The notes under the pieces: generated by a model
What the model was told of the DNA's origin: nothing
The model's input: the letters and a program-made list of their open reading frames with translations, nothing else
Database searches by the model: none
Made by a program: the position numbers and the translations under genes
From: Callorhinchus milii
Lineage: Eukaryota
Assembly (NCBI RefSeq): GCF_018977255.1
Contig: NW_024704743.1
Location: 34,784,001-34,848,000, forward strand
Direction: 5' to 3'
Length of the DNA: 64,000 bases
Shown here: positions 51,393 through 64,000 of the stretch, in pieces
Position numbering within the stretch: position 1 is the first letter of the stretch
How the letters are laid out: each line of letters begins with the position of its first letter

Positions 51393-52011
51393 GGAGTTCT
51401 GTAGTGTAGTGGTTAGCGCTCACGTCTCGCAAGTTAGAAGACCCAGGTTTGAGTCCCAGGCAGGGTGAAACTTTAGGCAAGTTTCCATACTCCACATACC
51501 TGTTTACTGAGCAGTAGGTAGGTTGTTAGTCGATTGTTAGATTGCTTTCGGGGGTAATAATCCCTCAAAAAAAACATAATAACAATAAAAAAATGGCCAC
51601 CTAATCCGTGACTGTTTGTGGGACACTGCTGTGTGCAATTGGCTGCCGCGTTTCGCCCACAAAATACAGACACTGCACTTTACAATATATTCTGTGAAGC
51701 GCTTTGAGACATCTCAGTGAGGTGATAATATAAATAGAATAATCCGTGCATTTGATATAGCGCTTTTCACGTCTTCTAGACATCTCAAAGTGCTTCACAG
51801 AATATACTGTAAAGTGAACTGACTGTATATTTGTGGGCGAAATTGTGGCAGCCAATTGCGCACAACAGTGTCCCGCAAACAGTCGTGGATTGAAGTGACC
51901 AATTTTATTATTGTTTTTTTTCTTGAGAGATTATTATCAGGTGTATGGATTAAGAAAACTTCTCAAGGTTTCGCCCTTAAAGTGCTATATCAAATGCAAG
52001 GATTATTATTA
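51393..52011. mobile_element. SINE (+) with a second SINE (-, ~51729-51978) inserted into its tail
   Basis: host tail breaks at gtgataa and resumes as gtgctatatcaaatgcaaggattattatt near 51982. Confidence 0.85.
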
Positions 52012-54139
52012 CTACAATGTAATTTAACGTTTTATTCCACAGGCATCATGTAATCAAAATGGCTTTGATAGCTTCACAAATAAATGTCTGCTCATAAACA
52101 CATGAATAATCGATTTTAAAAAGATCAGACACACAGCACAAAATTAAAGATCTACAGTCCTGGTTACAGTATGTTACAAGTTCTGATTCAATGCAGTCCC
52201 TATACTAGAATGAGTAGGAACAGGCAGATTACAATTATATTGCCAATCTGAATCCGTCTGGGATTAATCAAAGCAAAGAAGTGCTCTATATCCTAAACTA
52301 AGTCCATAAACAGAGCTCTGCTATCCAGTGGTAAATTCTATTCAAGAGTTAGCAGTGGTTTGATTCTCTGACAATGTAACAATAATATCACTAGGTTTGG
52401 CTCATTGGCCAGGTTAAAATGTTAAGGAGCAGAGAGGGATAAGAGGAAACTAATATCATTTTTCCAAATTATGAATAAATATAACACGGTAAATAGAGAA
52501 AGATTGAGTATGTAACAAGAATACACATATCAATCTCCAGGGTTATCATCAGGGAAAAGTTAAGACAATTTTTATACACAAAGGGTTGTAAGAATGTGAA
52601 ATTCATCACACACCGCATTAAAGCCAAGTCCTCCACAGCGTTTAACAGGAAATTGGATAAATATTTGAGGAAAAATAATATTAAATGCTATGGAGAAAGT
52701 GGAGGGAAATGGAATAGATAGCTCCAGTGGGGAAGCTACAAACAGCTCTGACATGATGAATTTAATAACCTCCTTCTGAATAGTAAACCTTCTGCGATTT
52801 TGTGAAGCAGTCCTGTTTACTCTGTGTTTTTAACAATTCCTCTGGAACTGATTCCCTGAATCCCTTTGCCTTGCCTCCTTCAAGGCCAGTTTCAAAATCT
52901 TCCTCTTCGACCATGTCTTTGGACACCCTATCACCTCCACCCTTCTTGATTCCAACTCCCAGCTCTGGTGCAAACCTTCAATGGTCCAGCACCTTGGGAC
53001 ATCTTTCCTATGTGAAGGATGCTATACAATGGAATTTGTTGTTGTTGTTGACAGGTTTGACTTGTGCCTTCCAATAATTTTTTTTCATAGATCCCCTATT
53101 CGGCACATTTGAAAAAGGTGGGTTAGTCCATAACACCTTGGGGAGCGTGTAAATCAAATGAAACGTCTGGTCAATCCCACATTTGGCGTATTGCAGTTTT
53201 ACAGTTTAAAGACCATTTGGATTAGATTTGTGTAATTGCTCAAACACATTGCTCATTGACTGGAAGTGAATGAACTAATCTTATGCTAAAGTGGTTTGTT
53301 TGCTGTGTGTTTCAGAAAGAAGTATGAATCGTGTTTTTACCATCAGAGCTCCATCAGAGATCCCATTATCTTGGACCTAAAGCAGTTAGTATAATTTTAG
53401 TCCAAGCTGTAGTCTAAGGCACTATTTTTCTCAACTCTTATTACCGCATTTCTCTAAATAAAGCAAATACAGTAACTGCAATATAAACAATTTGTATGTA
53501 AAATTTCCCAGAGAGCACTTAACACAATTAAGTACATTTAGAGGAATGGGACAGTATCAATAAATTACATTTTGAAATTATTATTTTGATCTAAATCTAA
53601 ATGTACACAAGTCAATTTTAATTGTTTATTTTTCAAAAGAAACCTGTTTATATAGCTCCTTGTGAAATGAATAATTTCACGAGAACAAGCAGCAAGCTGG
53701 GAACAATATATAACAAACTCAGGGGGAACGTGCGATTAAATTATAATTTCCCCTGAGGAACAAGAAGAAGAGAATTCGACCACAAGTGGCACAGATTCTG
53801 AATATATAGAAACAACACGTTAAACTTTTGCACGGTGGATTTTAACCCTCAGGAATAAATTCATATAAATTGCAATTTATACGTTGTCAGTTGTTTGGAA
53901 ATGTACCACTTTGGAATGCAGGGTGTGCTCAGGTTAGTGAGTAAACATGTCACAGAGACTGGTTTTGTAAGGAAGCTGTTTTTTTGTATCTAATCTGTTG
54001 AGGACAGAGTCTGGTCTGGAGAATAGGCTGTTGGGCCTCAACTCAAGAGCTAGTGTGAAGATACTGTAGTGGTCCCATCCTATAAGAGGGAAAAATCCAC
54101 CTGGGGCTAGATTTACTCTATTTATATAACATTATAACC

Positions 54140-54572
54140 TCTCCAACCTACTATCCCCCTACCTACCTGCCCGTACCCTCCGTTCCTCTGGCTCCGGTCT
54201 GCTCCACGTCCCCCGCTCCAACCGCCCTACCATCGGTGGTCGGGCCTTCAGCCTCTCAGCCCCCAGGCTCTGGAACTCCATCCCCCAGTGCCTTCGCCGC
54301 TTCCTCCCTTTCCTCCTTCAAGGCCGGTCTCAAAACCTTTCTCTTTGACCGTGCCTTCAGCTCCCCTCTCGACTCTCTTCCTCCTCCTCGCTCCCTCCCT
54401 TCCCTCCCCTCACCCTGACCATTTCCCCCGTCCTCTCTCCCTCCCTTCCCTCCCCTCACCCTGACCATTTCCCCCCTGCTCGGGTCATGACCCAACTGTG
54501 CAGCGCCTTGGGACGTCCTCCTGACGTGAAAGGCGCTTTATAAATGGAATCTTGTTGTTGTTGTTGTTGTTG
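54140..54572 (+). mobile_element. L2 LINE 3' fragment (young)
   Basis: same sequence family, (ttg)n tail. Confidence 0.9.
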
Positions 54573-56021
54573 ATTTCAGAGGTTCTGGAATTCAGCAAAT
54601 TCTTAAATATAGCCTTGATCTGTACTTTCTTTATGGAGTTAACCTGGCTCAGTTGGTAATACTCTCACCCCTGAGTAAGGACTTGAAGTCATACAATCTA
54701 TGCCGACACTCCAATATAGTCCAGCGGGAGTGCTACATTGTTGGAGGTGCTGTCCTTTGAGTGAGACGTTACACTGAGGTCCTGTTTAGTTAAATATCCC
54801 ATTGCTCCAGTCAAAAAGAGAAGGGTTTGTCCCAGTGTCCTGCTGAACAATTCTCCAAAATAAAATTGGTCATTCACTTCATGGCTGTTTATGGGTCATT
54901 GCTGTGTGCAAATTGGTTGCCAGTTTGCCCACAAGGGGTAACATTTACAGTGGCTGATGGTCGCTCAATAGAATAAATTGTTCAAATATAGATTTATTCA
55001 AAAGATAGCATAATACTGTTCTTTGGATGAGATGTCAAATTGAGGTCTACCTCTCCAGATGGATGTTAAAAATCTCAATACACTTTTGAAAATAAAATGG
55101 AATTCCTCCTTGTCTACTGGCTAACAGTCCCCCAAATAAAATGGTTACTCACTTTATGGCTGTTTGTGAGACATTACTGTGCCCATATACCTGCTGCATT
55201 TGCCCACAAAACAGTCACTTTACAGGATATCCTGTGAAGTGCTTTGAGACATTGTAACAATGTGATAAGGCACTATATTAAATGCAAAGATTATTTATTA
55301 TTATTACTATGACACATCTCCCTGATTTACTTTTCCAGTCCAAAAAATAATAATTAATTCAAACAGAAAGTGTTATTAATCTAAAATTTCTTAGATTAAT
55401 GCAACTTTCCAATAAGCTGACAGTCAAATATGTCTTGCATCACTAAGAAGGAAAGAATAAAAGTGAATAACGTGCAGATTTGAGAATAAAATTTGAAGTA
55501 AAGCGACAAGTTGGTATGTTCACAAATCCATTTGAAAATCTTGAAGTCTGTATTGGCAGTTCAGGTTCTAAAGAGGTGACCATTGAATGCTTTATTGATG
55601 GATTTTCTGAGACAGTATGAAACTCCTGACAATGTGTTGCTAAGGATTGGTTTGGCACTTGTTTTTTCATCATTTAGCTTGATATTGATCTCTCGACTTC
55701 CTCTGCTTCAGTGAGTAACTGACAAATAGATACAAAACTTCCTGGCTCGGGCAGTGAAATACAGTAAATCCAAGCAGTACTGGAACTGCAGAGGTTCAAC
55801 AGCATTGCATTTGTGTGTAATACAACACAATAATGTAACTCCACATTCAGTACTGTACTCTTCTGCAAGTATCATTAGGAACTTCAGTGACATAGTGGAA
55901 CATTACCAGAAGAACCAAAAGGCTTGGGACCTCTCTCAATGGAGGAACATTTTTTAAATTATGAAACCCAAAACAGCACATCTTATTTAATGCTGTGTTT
56001 ATAATCATTCTTACATTTATA

Positions 56022-56333
56022 TAATAATAATCCTTGCATTTGATGTAGCGTTTTTCACATCTTCTAGATGTCTAAAAGCTCTTCACAGCATATACTGTAA
56101 AGTAAATTGACTATATTTTGTGGGCGAAACGTGGCAGCAAATTGCACACAGCAGTGTCCCACAAACAGTTGCGGATTGAGTGACCAAATTACTATTGTTT
56201 TTATTTTTTTCTTGAAGAATGTTTATCAGGCGTGTGGAGTAAGGAAACTTGTCCAAGGTTTCGCCTCCGCCGGGAATCGAACCCAGGTCTCTCGCTTGCA
56301 AGGCGAGTGCTCTAACCACTGAGCTACAGGACT
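56022..56333 (-). mobile_element. full-length SINE
   Basis: A-box tagctcagtgg and B-box ggttcgattcc on - strand, core, (att)n tail. Confidence 0.9.
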
Positions 56334-58024
56334 TCACATTTTATGCAATACAATGGAAATTTACATTTATATAATGCCTTTCATGTCAGGAGGATGCTCC
56401 AAGATGCTTGCATTGGAGTATCATCTTAGATTATGTGACGCTAAGGCATGGGGTTTGAATCCACAACCTTCTGACTCAGAGGCGAGTGTGCTACCAACTG
56501 AGCCAGGCTGATAAGGTTGTTCAATTCAACACCTAAACTCTAGTCCTGAGACTTTTTACTGTATGATCTACATATAATTCTTCCAGTTAGTCTTTACATC
56601 AAGGTTTGTGGGTTCCCCTTCCCCCAGCTTGGTGTCAGGCTATGCCACTGTTAAATGTTCTGAGACTCTACCCTGCATGAAGGGCGCCATGCAAATGCAA
56701 GTTATTATTCTTGCTGTCTCCACCATTATCAGACCACTGTTCCAAATAGCCATATGTATATATATAGTGCTTTTGTTTACCTGATCAATAAATAATCAGT
56801 TATCTACATTAAGAAACACCTCCCAAAATACAAGGCAAAGGAAGACTGTAATTCCACAAACTCAGTCCAAACTGCTACAGGAATGTGTCATGTGAATTGA
56901 CACTCCCCATCTTAAATCACTCCCTAAGCTACATGAGCAATCTAAACATTTCCTAGTTAAGTATGGAATTTACCCCCCTTTGTGTTTTATTCAGTAACAG
57001 ATGGAAGGAGTTTGTGGGGGTGTCACTTAACCCAATACATTGCATTGAATCACCATCTTTGCTTTGTCCCCTGTTTATTAAGCCTAGATGCAATAACAAG
57101 TTGAGGTAATGGAAATAGTCAGTGGTATAACATAAGGAGCAAGGACAAGCTGTGCTGCAGCAGATAATTTAGTGTATCTAGCAATCATTGTGTGCAAGTA
57201 TGTCTAATGGGTGTAAGGTTAGTTTGGGGTCTCCACACCAGTCACTCACCTTGTTACCCAATTTATAGTTCTGGAAACAATTCATAACAATGGGTTACTC
57301 CAGAAAGGTATATCTTGTGTCACGCACAAACCAGACTTCATCAATCTGCATTTGGGTTAACTACAATAAACATAGGACTACAGCTGCAGCATTTATATAT
57401 TTTTTCCCTTCAATTTTCAGTTTTTGGATCCTTTGAGTAGTTGTTTGCTCAAAAAACCACAACACAGCTTGATCTATTCCTGGAATATATTCAAAATGTA
57501 TTTTACCAATGTGGACAGTTTATGGACTGCTATCAAACTCTTCTCAGCAGACAAACAGGAGTAACAATGAGCCTCTACAGATCACCCTTCTACATATACC
57601 TGCAGGGCGACTAATTCATTGTAAAGCAATGTAAAATATTCCTCTCTGGGAAGGTTAAACAATAAGAATACTGTAATTAATTTGTTAAATCATTACACAT
57701 GAAACATAGAGGTACAGTACATTGAGTAAATTATTGTCTATTTACCTGGTAAAAAAGAAAACACTTTTTTAAAATGTGCCATGCTTTAATTACTGCAGAT
57801 TTTGCCCCAGAAATATGCCAATTCCTTTATAGGAAAAAGGACTTTGTTGCTAAATATATCTTATCACTTGTTTCAGCTGTTTCCTCCTTAAAGGATGTAT
57901 GTTTTCATGAATATGACTTGAGTGCTAAAGCTTCCCATGATTAATACAGAATAGTAGGAGTTCTTTTAAATTCTATAATAATCATTATTACATGGCAATG
58001 TAAATGCCTTTCTATAATTAATCA

Positions 58025-58456
<432 letters not shown>

Positions 58457-60179
58457 TGAAGCTGCAACTGATCCAGAAATCTTTAAGTCAAGTTCTCTCC
58501 TGTACAAATGATCCTCATGTCCATTATTAGCTGATTCAGTACAGACCAGGATTCCAATCTGGGACTTTCTAGTCTGCATGGTTCAGTACTTGAGAAGGTT
58601 TCATTCCCCTGAAAATTGATCCCTGAAGTCTAGAGTTTGAACACAGGCATTGTATCTCAATAATGTCCTGGCTCAAATGTACCTCCTTTGCCACTAGGTA
58701 TAGGATACTGGTAGAGATCTGTTGATTTGATGTACCAGAAACAAATGACCAAACAATACCAGGAAGACAAAAGCTTGTGCATAAAAGAGACTCTGTTTTT
58801 GTGTTTCCCCAGCATTGCAAATTGAATTATTTTACCTGTTGTTCTACTCCCAAACTGGTAACTTCTATTTATGGTTCAGTAAATGCATGTGTCTTACACA
58901 ATAAAACCATACACCAAGAAATACTGAAACACCAAGACCCCTCTATCTTCTTCCCTGTTATGTGACATTAACAATGCTCTCCAACAGCTATGAAATTCCG
59001 ACTGAATCTGAGACCAATACAAATGAAAATCATTCTCTTTCCGTATCAGATTGCAGAACCCAGACCATAAGAGAGACATCCCTGCACAATAAACTATCCA
59101 GTAAACTATCCAGTACCTTTAATTATTACTCTTGATAAAAAATTGTCCTGCAAGCTAACATGTTTAGGAATACAATAACATGTTTAGAACTGCTTTTTAC
59201 TTGCACAGTTGAACAGTAAGGAAGGGGAAGCTGGTGGTCAGAAATGCTTTGATGAAATAAGACTCAATGTGGCAAAGAAGCAACATGAATGATTTGACGA
59301 TACCGAGTGCTGTTTGCCTTTAAAAATAAGAAGTTCAGGAAGCCACATGTTGAATTACAAGAGCATTTCCTTTTTCACAGCGTATTAACAGACACAGATG
59401 GACAGACTGAAAACATTATTTTGCGCCAAAGGCACGGCAGAAGATAATCAAAGTACAGTTAGTTGGGAATCACTGCTTCTAACATGGGGGTTGGGGATGG
59501 GGGGGTGGGGGGTGGGTAGGGGTTGGGAGGGGGTTTGTGTTAGAATAAAAAGTGAATAGTCAGTGACTTTGCTGCCTTCCACGTGGACACCTTAAAACTC
59601 TCACTTGAAATATCTATCTTATTTTAAACATACCAAATTCATCCCACATGCTTCAAACCCTCTGTTTGTAGAAATTACTTTTAGTCACTGGAAGGCATTG
59701 GATCTGGATGACATTCTGCTGATGACTTTTTTTGCTTTCACAGTAAAAAAAATTAAAATGCAAAAGCATAATATTGTATGACCTAAATGTAATTAGTATC
59801 TCACAACTAGTCTCATTAGTGCACAGAAATTATTTTTGAAGATCACATTTGTAAAAGGTGACATTTGCATGCCATACCATCTGATGTTTCCTATCAACAA
59901 ATTACTTAATTTATTTTTGGCACCGTTGTCAAGTGTGTAAAGAGAGGTAAATGCTTAAAACCATTTATTTTCTTGTCACACATTTGCAGTGCATATAAAT
60001 AAAGCTAATTTTATAGGCCTAATGTCATAAGAAGTTTGCAGTAATGACATAGACCCAATGAACAGTTATCATGAGGGCCCAATATAGTTAAATATAATAT
60101 TCAAAGAGTCAGTACAGACACGATGGCCAAATGGCCTTCCTCTGTGCTATAAATATGTATGGATTACAAGAGGTTAATA

Positions 60180-60319
60180 CATCTTGAATCCTGACAGTAA
60201 CTGGATATACACCATACTGACCTGCGAGAAATCTAACCCAACTTGGTCTTCAGGCCTGTTGGAGAAGAATTCTCACTGACCTAATAACACATTTCCAGTT
60301 ACTGTCAGGATTCAAGATT
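60180..60319. mobile_element. short inverted-repeat element (probable MITE)
   Basis: perfect 25-bp inverted repeat 60181-60205 / 60294-60318, TA on both flanks. Confidence 0.6.
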
Positions 60320-60513
60320 TACAAGTACTTTACATATCTGGTGTGAATGTGTGTTGACTCCAATATCAATAGCTTCTCTCTGCTTAACCTTACCTCAGGT
60401 GTCCTTTCCTTCCAAAGGATTCAATTACTCAGCGTGACATATACTATAATTTGGGGATGAAAATGAAAGTGCTTCCTCCAGAACCAGAACAACCTACATT
60501 TATATGAAGCCCT

Positions 60514-61963
60514 TTACAACAACAACAAGATTCCATTTATAGAGCGCCTTTCACGTCGGGAGGACGTCCCAAGGCGCTGTACAGTTGGGTCAGGACCCGA
60601 GCAGGGGGGAAATGGTCGGGGTGAGGGGAGGGAAGGGAGGGAGCGAGGAGGGGGTAGAGAGTCGAGAGGGGAGCTGAAGGCACGGTCAAAGAGAAAGGTC
60701 TTGAGACCGGCCTTGAAGGAGGAAAGGGAGGAAACAAGGTGAAGGCACTGGGGGATGGAGTTCCAGAGCCTAGGGGCTGAGAGGCTGAAGGCCCGGCCAC
60801 CGATGGTAGGGCGGTTGGAGCGGGGATGTGGAGCAGACTGGAGCCAGAGGAACGGAGGGTACGGGCAGGTAGGGGGATAGTAGGTCGGAGAGGTAGGAGG
60901 GAGCAAGGCCGTGAATGGCCTTGTAGGTGAGGGTGAGGATCTTGAATTCGATCCTCTGGGGGATGGGGAGCCAGTGGAGGCGAGCGAGGGTGGGAGTGAT
61001 GTGGTCCCGAAGCCTGGTGCGGGACAGTACACGAGTTGCAGAGTTCTGAATGACCTGCAACTTGTGGAGGGAGGTACCGGGAAGGCCGGCGAGGAGAGAG
61101 TTCCCATAGTCCAGCCTTGAGGTGATAAAGGCGTGAACCAGAGTTTCAGCAGCGTGAGGGGTGAGGTAGTGCCGTAGTCTGGCGATGTTCCGGAGGTGAT
61201 GGAAGGCGGTGCCAGTTGTGGCGCGGATATGAAGGAGAAAGGACAGCTCAGGGTCGAACAGAACCCCGAGGTTCCTGACGGCTTTGAGAGGTGGAGAGTG
61301 CAGCCTTGGATGCTGATGCTGTCAGCGCCTGAGGTGCGGAGGTGCTGACGTGAGCCAATCAGGAGGGCCTCAGTTTTTTGCACGTTGAGCTGAAGAAAGT
61401 TGTCTCTCGTCCAGGACTTGATGTCGGACAGGCAGACTGTCAGGACATCGGTGGTCGTGGAGTTGAGGGTAGAGGAGGAAAGGTAGAGTTGGGTGTCATC
61501 CGCATACATGTGGAAGTTAACCCCATGTCTGCGGATGTCACCAAGGGGGAGCATATAGAGGGTGAAGAGGAGGGGACCGAGGACAGAGCCCTGAAGGACA
61601 CCGCACGAGACAGTGCGGGGGCTGGAGGAAAAGCCGTTAGTGGAAACAAAATTAAGATGGTGGGAGAGGTATGACCTAAACAGGACAGGGCCTTGAAGGT
61701 TGAGGTGGGAGGACAAGCGGTGGAGGAGGATAGCGTGGTCGACCGTATCGAATGCTGCCGATAGGTCGAGGGGGACGAGGAGGCAGAAGGAGCCCTGGTC
61801 GCAGATGGTCAAGATGTCATTGGTGACCTTGACCAGGGCAGTTTCTGTGCTATGGGCAGCACGGAAACCCGACTGAAGGGGTTCAAATAATGAATGGGTG
61901 GAGAGAAATGAGCGCAGCTGGGAGGCGACAACTCTTTCAAGGACCTTGGATAGGAAGGGGAGG
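60514..61963 (-). mobile_element. L2-clade LINE, 5'-truncated, RT domain with frameshifts
   Basis: [38 protein letters not shown] motifs; 3' stem-loop tail and (TTG)n end. Confidence 0.95.
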
Positions 61964-63344
61964 TAGTGTCACACAGGTAGTGTCTTGGAGTGCTTACACA
62001 CCCTAAGCGTTTTATACAATCAATGGGTAGAATCTTCATCAGGCCAACCAAGAGTGGGCAATAAATATCCTCCATATCCCGAGATTAGTAAAGAAACAAA
62101 TTGGGAAGTAAAGGTAATAAATTATATGCGGCAAGGTGGGAAATTGGGATTAAATGATCTGCCATGATATATAACTGAGCAATTTCTTTGTCTTCCTTTT
62201 TGGATATTAACACCTTATAAAGAGCTAAGTGTATCATCAGGCTAACATAAATAGAATTACATTACATAGACTGTTACTGCATGGAATGGGCAGTTCAGTC
62301 CATGGTGATATTTATTACTCCACATCAGCCTTCGCCTCTCCTAATCCCCCTCTCACATGCTCCACTATTCTCTCCTCTCTCACGTATGCATCAACTTTCC
62401 TCTTAAATACGTGAAGCTTCCAGCTTCAGCCACAGCTCCTGGAAATGTATTGCACATTCTCAACAGTCTCTGTGCTTGTTCTTGCTAAACTCCCTTTTAG
62501 ATCTGTTACTGGTTATTCTTACAATTATCTTTGGTTTGGGTTCACCAACGAGTGAAAACAGTCTATTAATGTCCACATTATTGAATCATGCCTTCAGCCA
62601 CTACACCACAAAGCTATGGAACTCCCTCAATCCATTTGCCTTGCCCCCTCTTTCCCCATTTTCAGGTTGCGCCTGAAGTCCTTCCTCTTCAACTGTGCCT
62701 AGTTGAACACAATCACCTTCATCGTCCCACTGGATCGGCATCGGGCTCCGCGATTGTTAAGCACTCTGGCACACTGCCGTGCGTGGAGGGCGCTATATAA
62801 ATGCAAGTTGTTGTTTTTAAATCTTTTCACAATTTTAAACATCTCCACCGGGTCGCCTCTCACTTGTCTCACCTCCAAAGGAAAAAGCTCCAACCTGGCT
62901 TAATGAAGTTGAATGAGGTGTAACGCCCTGCTTCACGAAACATCATTTGCTTTTACTTAAATAAAAATAATTATTATTTACGTATAAAAAGGGTTTGGTA
63001 CAGAGGTAGTCTAATCAGGGTTTGGAAATACATTCCTGCTGTTCATGTTGTTCATCAAGAAGGGTGATTCTCACAAGAATGAGTCATAGACCTCCAGTTC
63101 TGTTCTACACAGAAAACCTCAAACTTTTGGTAGGAAGAAAAGCACCCTCCAGTGGATAAATGAGCAAACACAGTGCATGATTGGCAATAAGCCAATACAT
63201 ACCAAGCAGAGTTCCAAGGTTCAATCCTAGTTTATGTTGAGTTAGCCAGTGTGGCAGAATGGGCAGTGTTCAGAGAGGATAAACACAAACATTGTTACTG
63301 CTACTGATTGCTAACTAATAATGCCTTCTGAATGTGTACTCGTT

Positions 63345-63762
63345 TTCGTTTTCAAATTGTTTTCAAACACTTAATTCCCTGGCACCTCCCTACCTATCCG
63401 ACCTGCTTTCCCCCCAACTTCACCATCCACTGTTTCTGCTCGGCTGGCTCCGGCCTCCTATTTGTCCATCGTGCCCTCCGTTCCAAATCGGTGGCCGTGT
63501 CCTCAGCTACCACACCCCGAAACTCTGGAACTCCCTCAAGTTCCAGAGTTCCTTCAATCAAGATCTCCCTCAATCCCTCTGCCTTAACCCCTCCCTCCCC
63601 ACCTTCAAATTCCAGCAAAAGACCTTCCTTTTTGATCATGCTTACAGTCACCTCCCCTGCCCCCCCCCCCCCCCCCTCTACTTCTTCTGGCGCATTGTCA
63701 GACTCCGCCACCGTGAAGCGCTCCGGGACACTACCCGGTGTGAAGGGCGCTATGTAAATACA
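63345..63762 (+). mobile_element. L2 LINE 3' fragment
   Basis: APPYLSDLL, GGRVLSYHTPKLWNSL motifs; tail abuts an opposite-strand SINE at (aat)n. Confidence 0.8.
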
Positions 63763-64000
63763 AATAATAATAATAATAATCCTTGCATTTGATATAGCGC
63801 TTTTCACGTCGGGAGGACGTCCCAAAGCGCTTCACAGAACATACTGCAAAGTGAATTGACTGTATATTTGTGGGCGAACGCGGCAGCCAATTGCGCACAG
63901 CAATGTCCCACAAACAGTCGTAGATTGAAAATGACCAATTTATTATTGTTTTTGGTTTTTGAAGGGATTATTATTAGGCGTGTAGAGTAAGGAAACTTGC
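63763..64000 (-). mobile_element. SINE (young), runs off the window end
   Basis: near-consensus core with CpGs retained; L2-type loop in tail. Confidence 0.9.

Noticed and set aside
56262..56333. tRNA-Ala-like sequence with A and B boxes (also at 18055, 33830-33897, 43283, 51393)
   Set aside because: These are SINE heads continuing into SINE core and tail; the acceptor stem is not intact
57250..57360. Exon-like segment on the - strand with a good GTGAGT donor
   Set aside because: Stops in all three frames and no linked exons identified
60514..61812. 432-aa ORF as a host gene or active reverse transcriptase
   Set aside because: 5'-truncated, frameshifted L2 LINE copy lacking the endonuclease

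Overview
Vertebrate genomic DNA, very probably a cartilaginous fish (holocephalan/shark-type repeat landscape: tRNA-headed Deu-type SINEs with L2-derived tails, L2 and CR1 LINE fragments). The window holds two convergent genes in the same order as in human 6p25. (1) PRPF4B (PRP4 kinase), + strand: 13 coding exons from 1539 to the stop at 24186; the first two exons lie upstream of the window; a long 3' region with several splice-site-bounded non-coding exons follows. (2) FAM217A, - strand: I assembled a 7-exon phase-consistent model (46283..30324, 925 codons). Its last exon carries the FAM217 domain and an unusual ~414-aa array of 28 copies of a 15-aa repeat whose consensus drifts along the array. 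The FAM217A 5' CpG island contains a canonical RFX X-box and a 6-copy ~59-bp tandem repeat in which each unit pairs a CTCF consensus site with an X-box-like palindrome, lying between two candidate first exons. 47-64 kb is repeat-rich with no coding exon I can recognise. Gene identities rest on my recall of the human proteins plus synteny; repeat boundaries are approximate; no database search was run.
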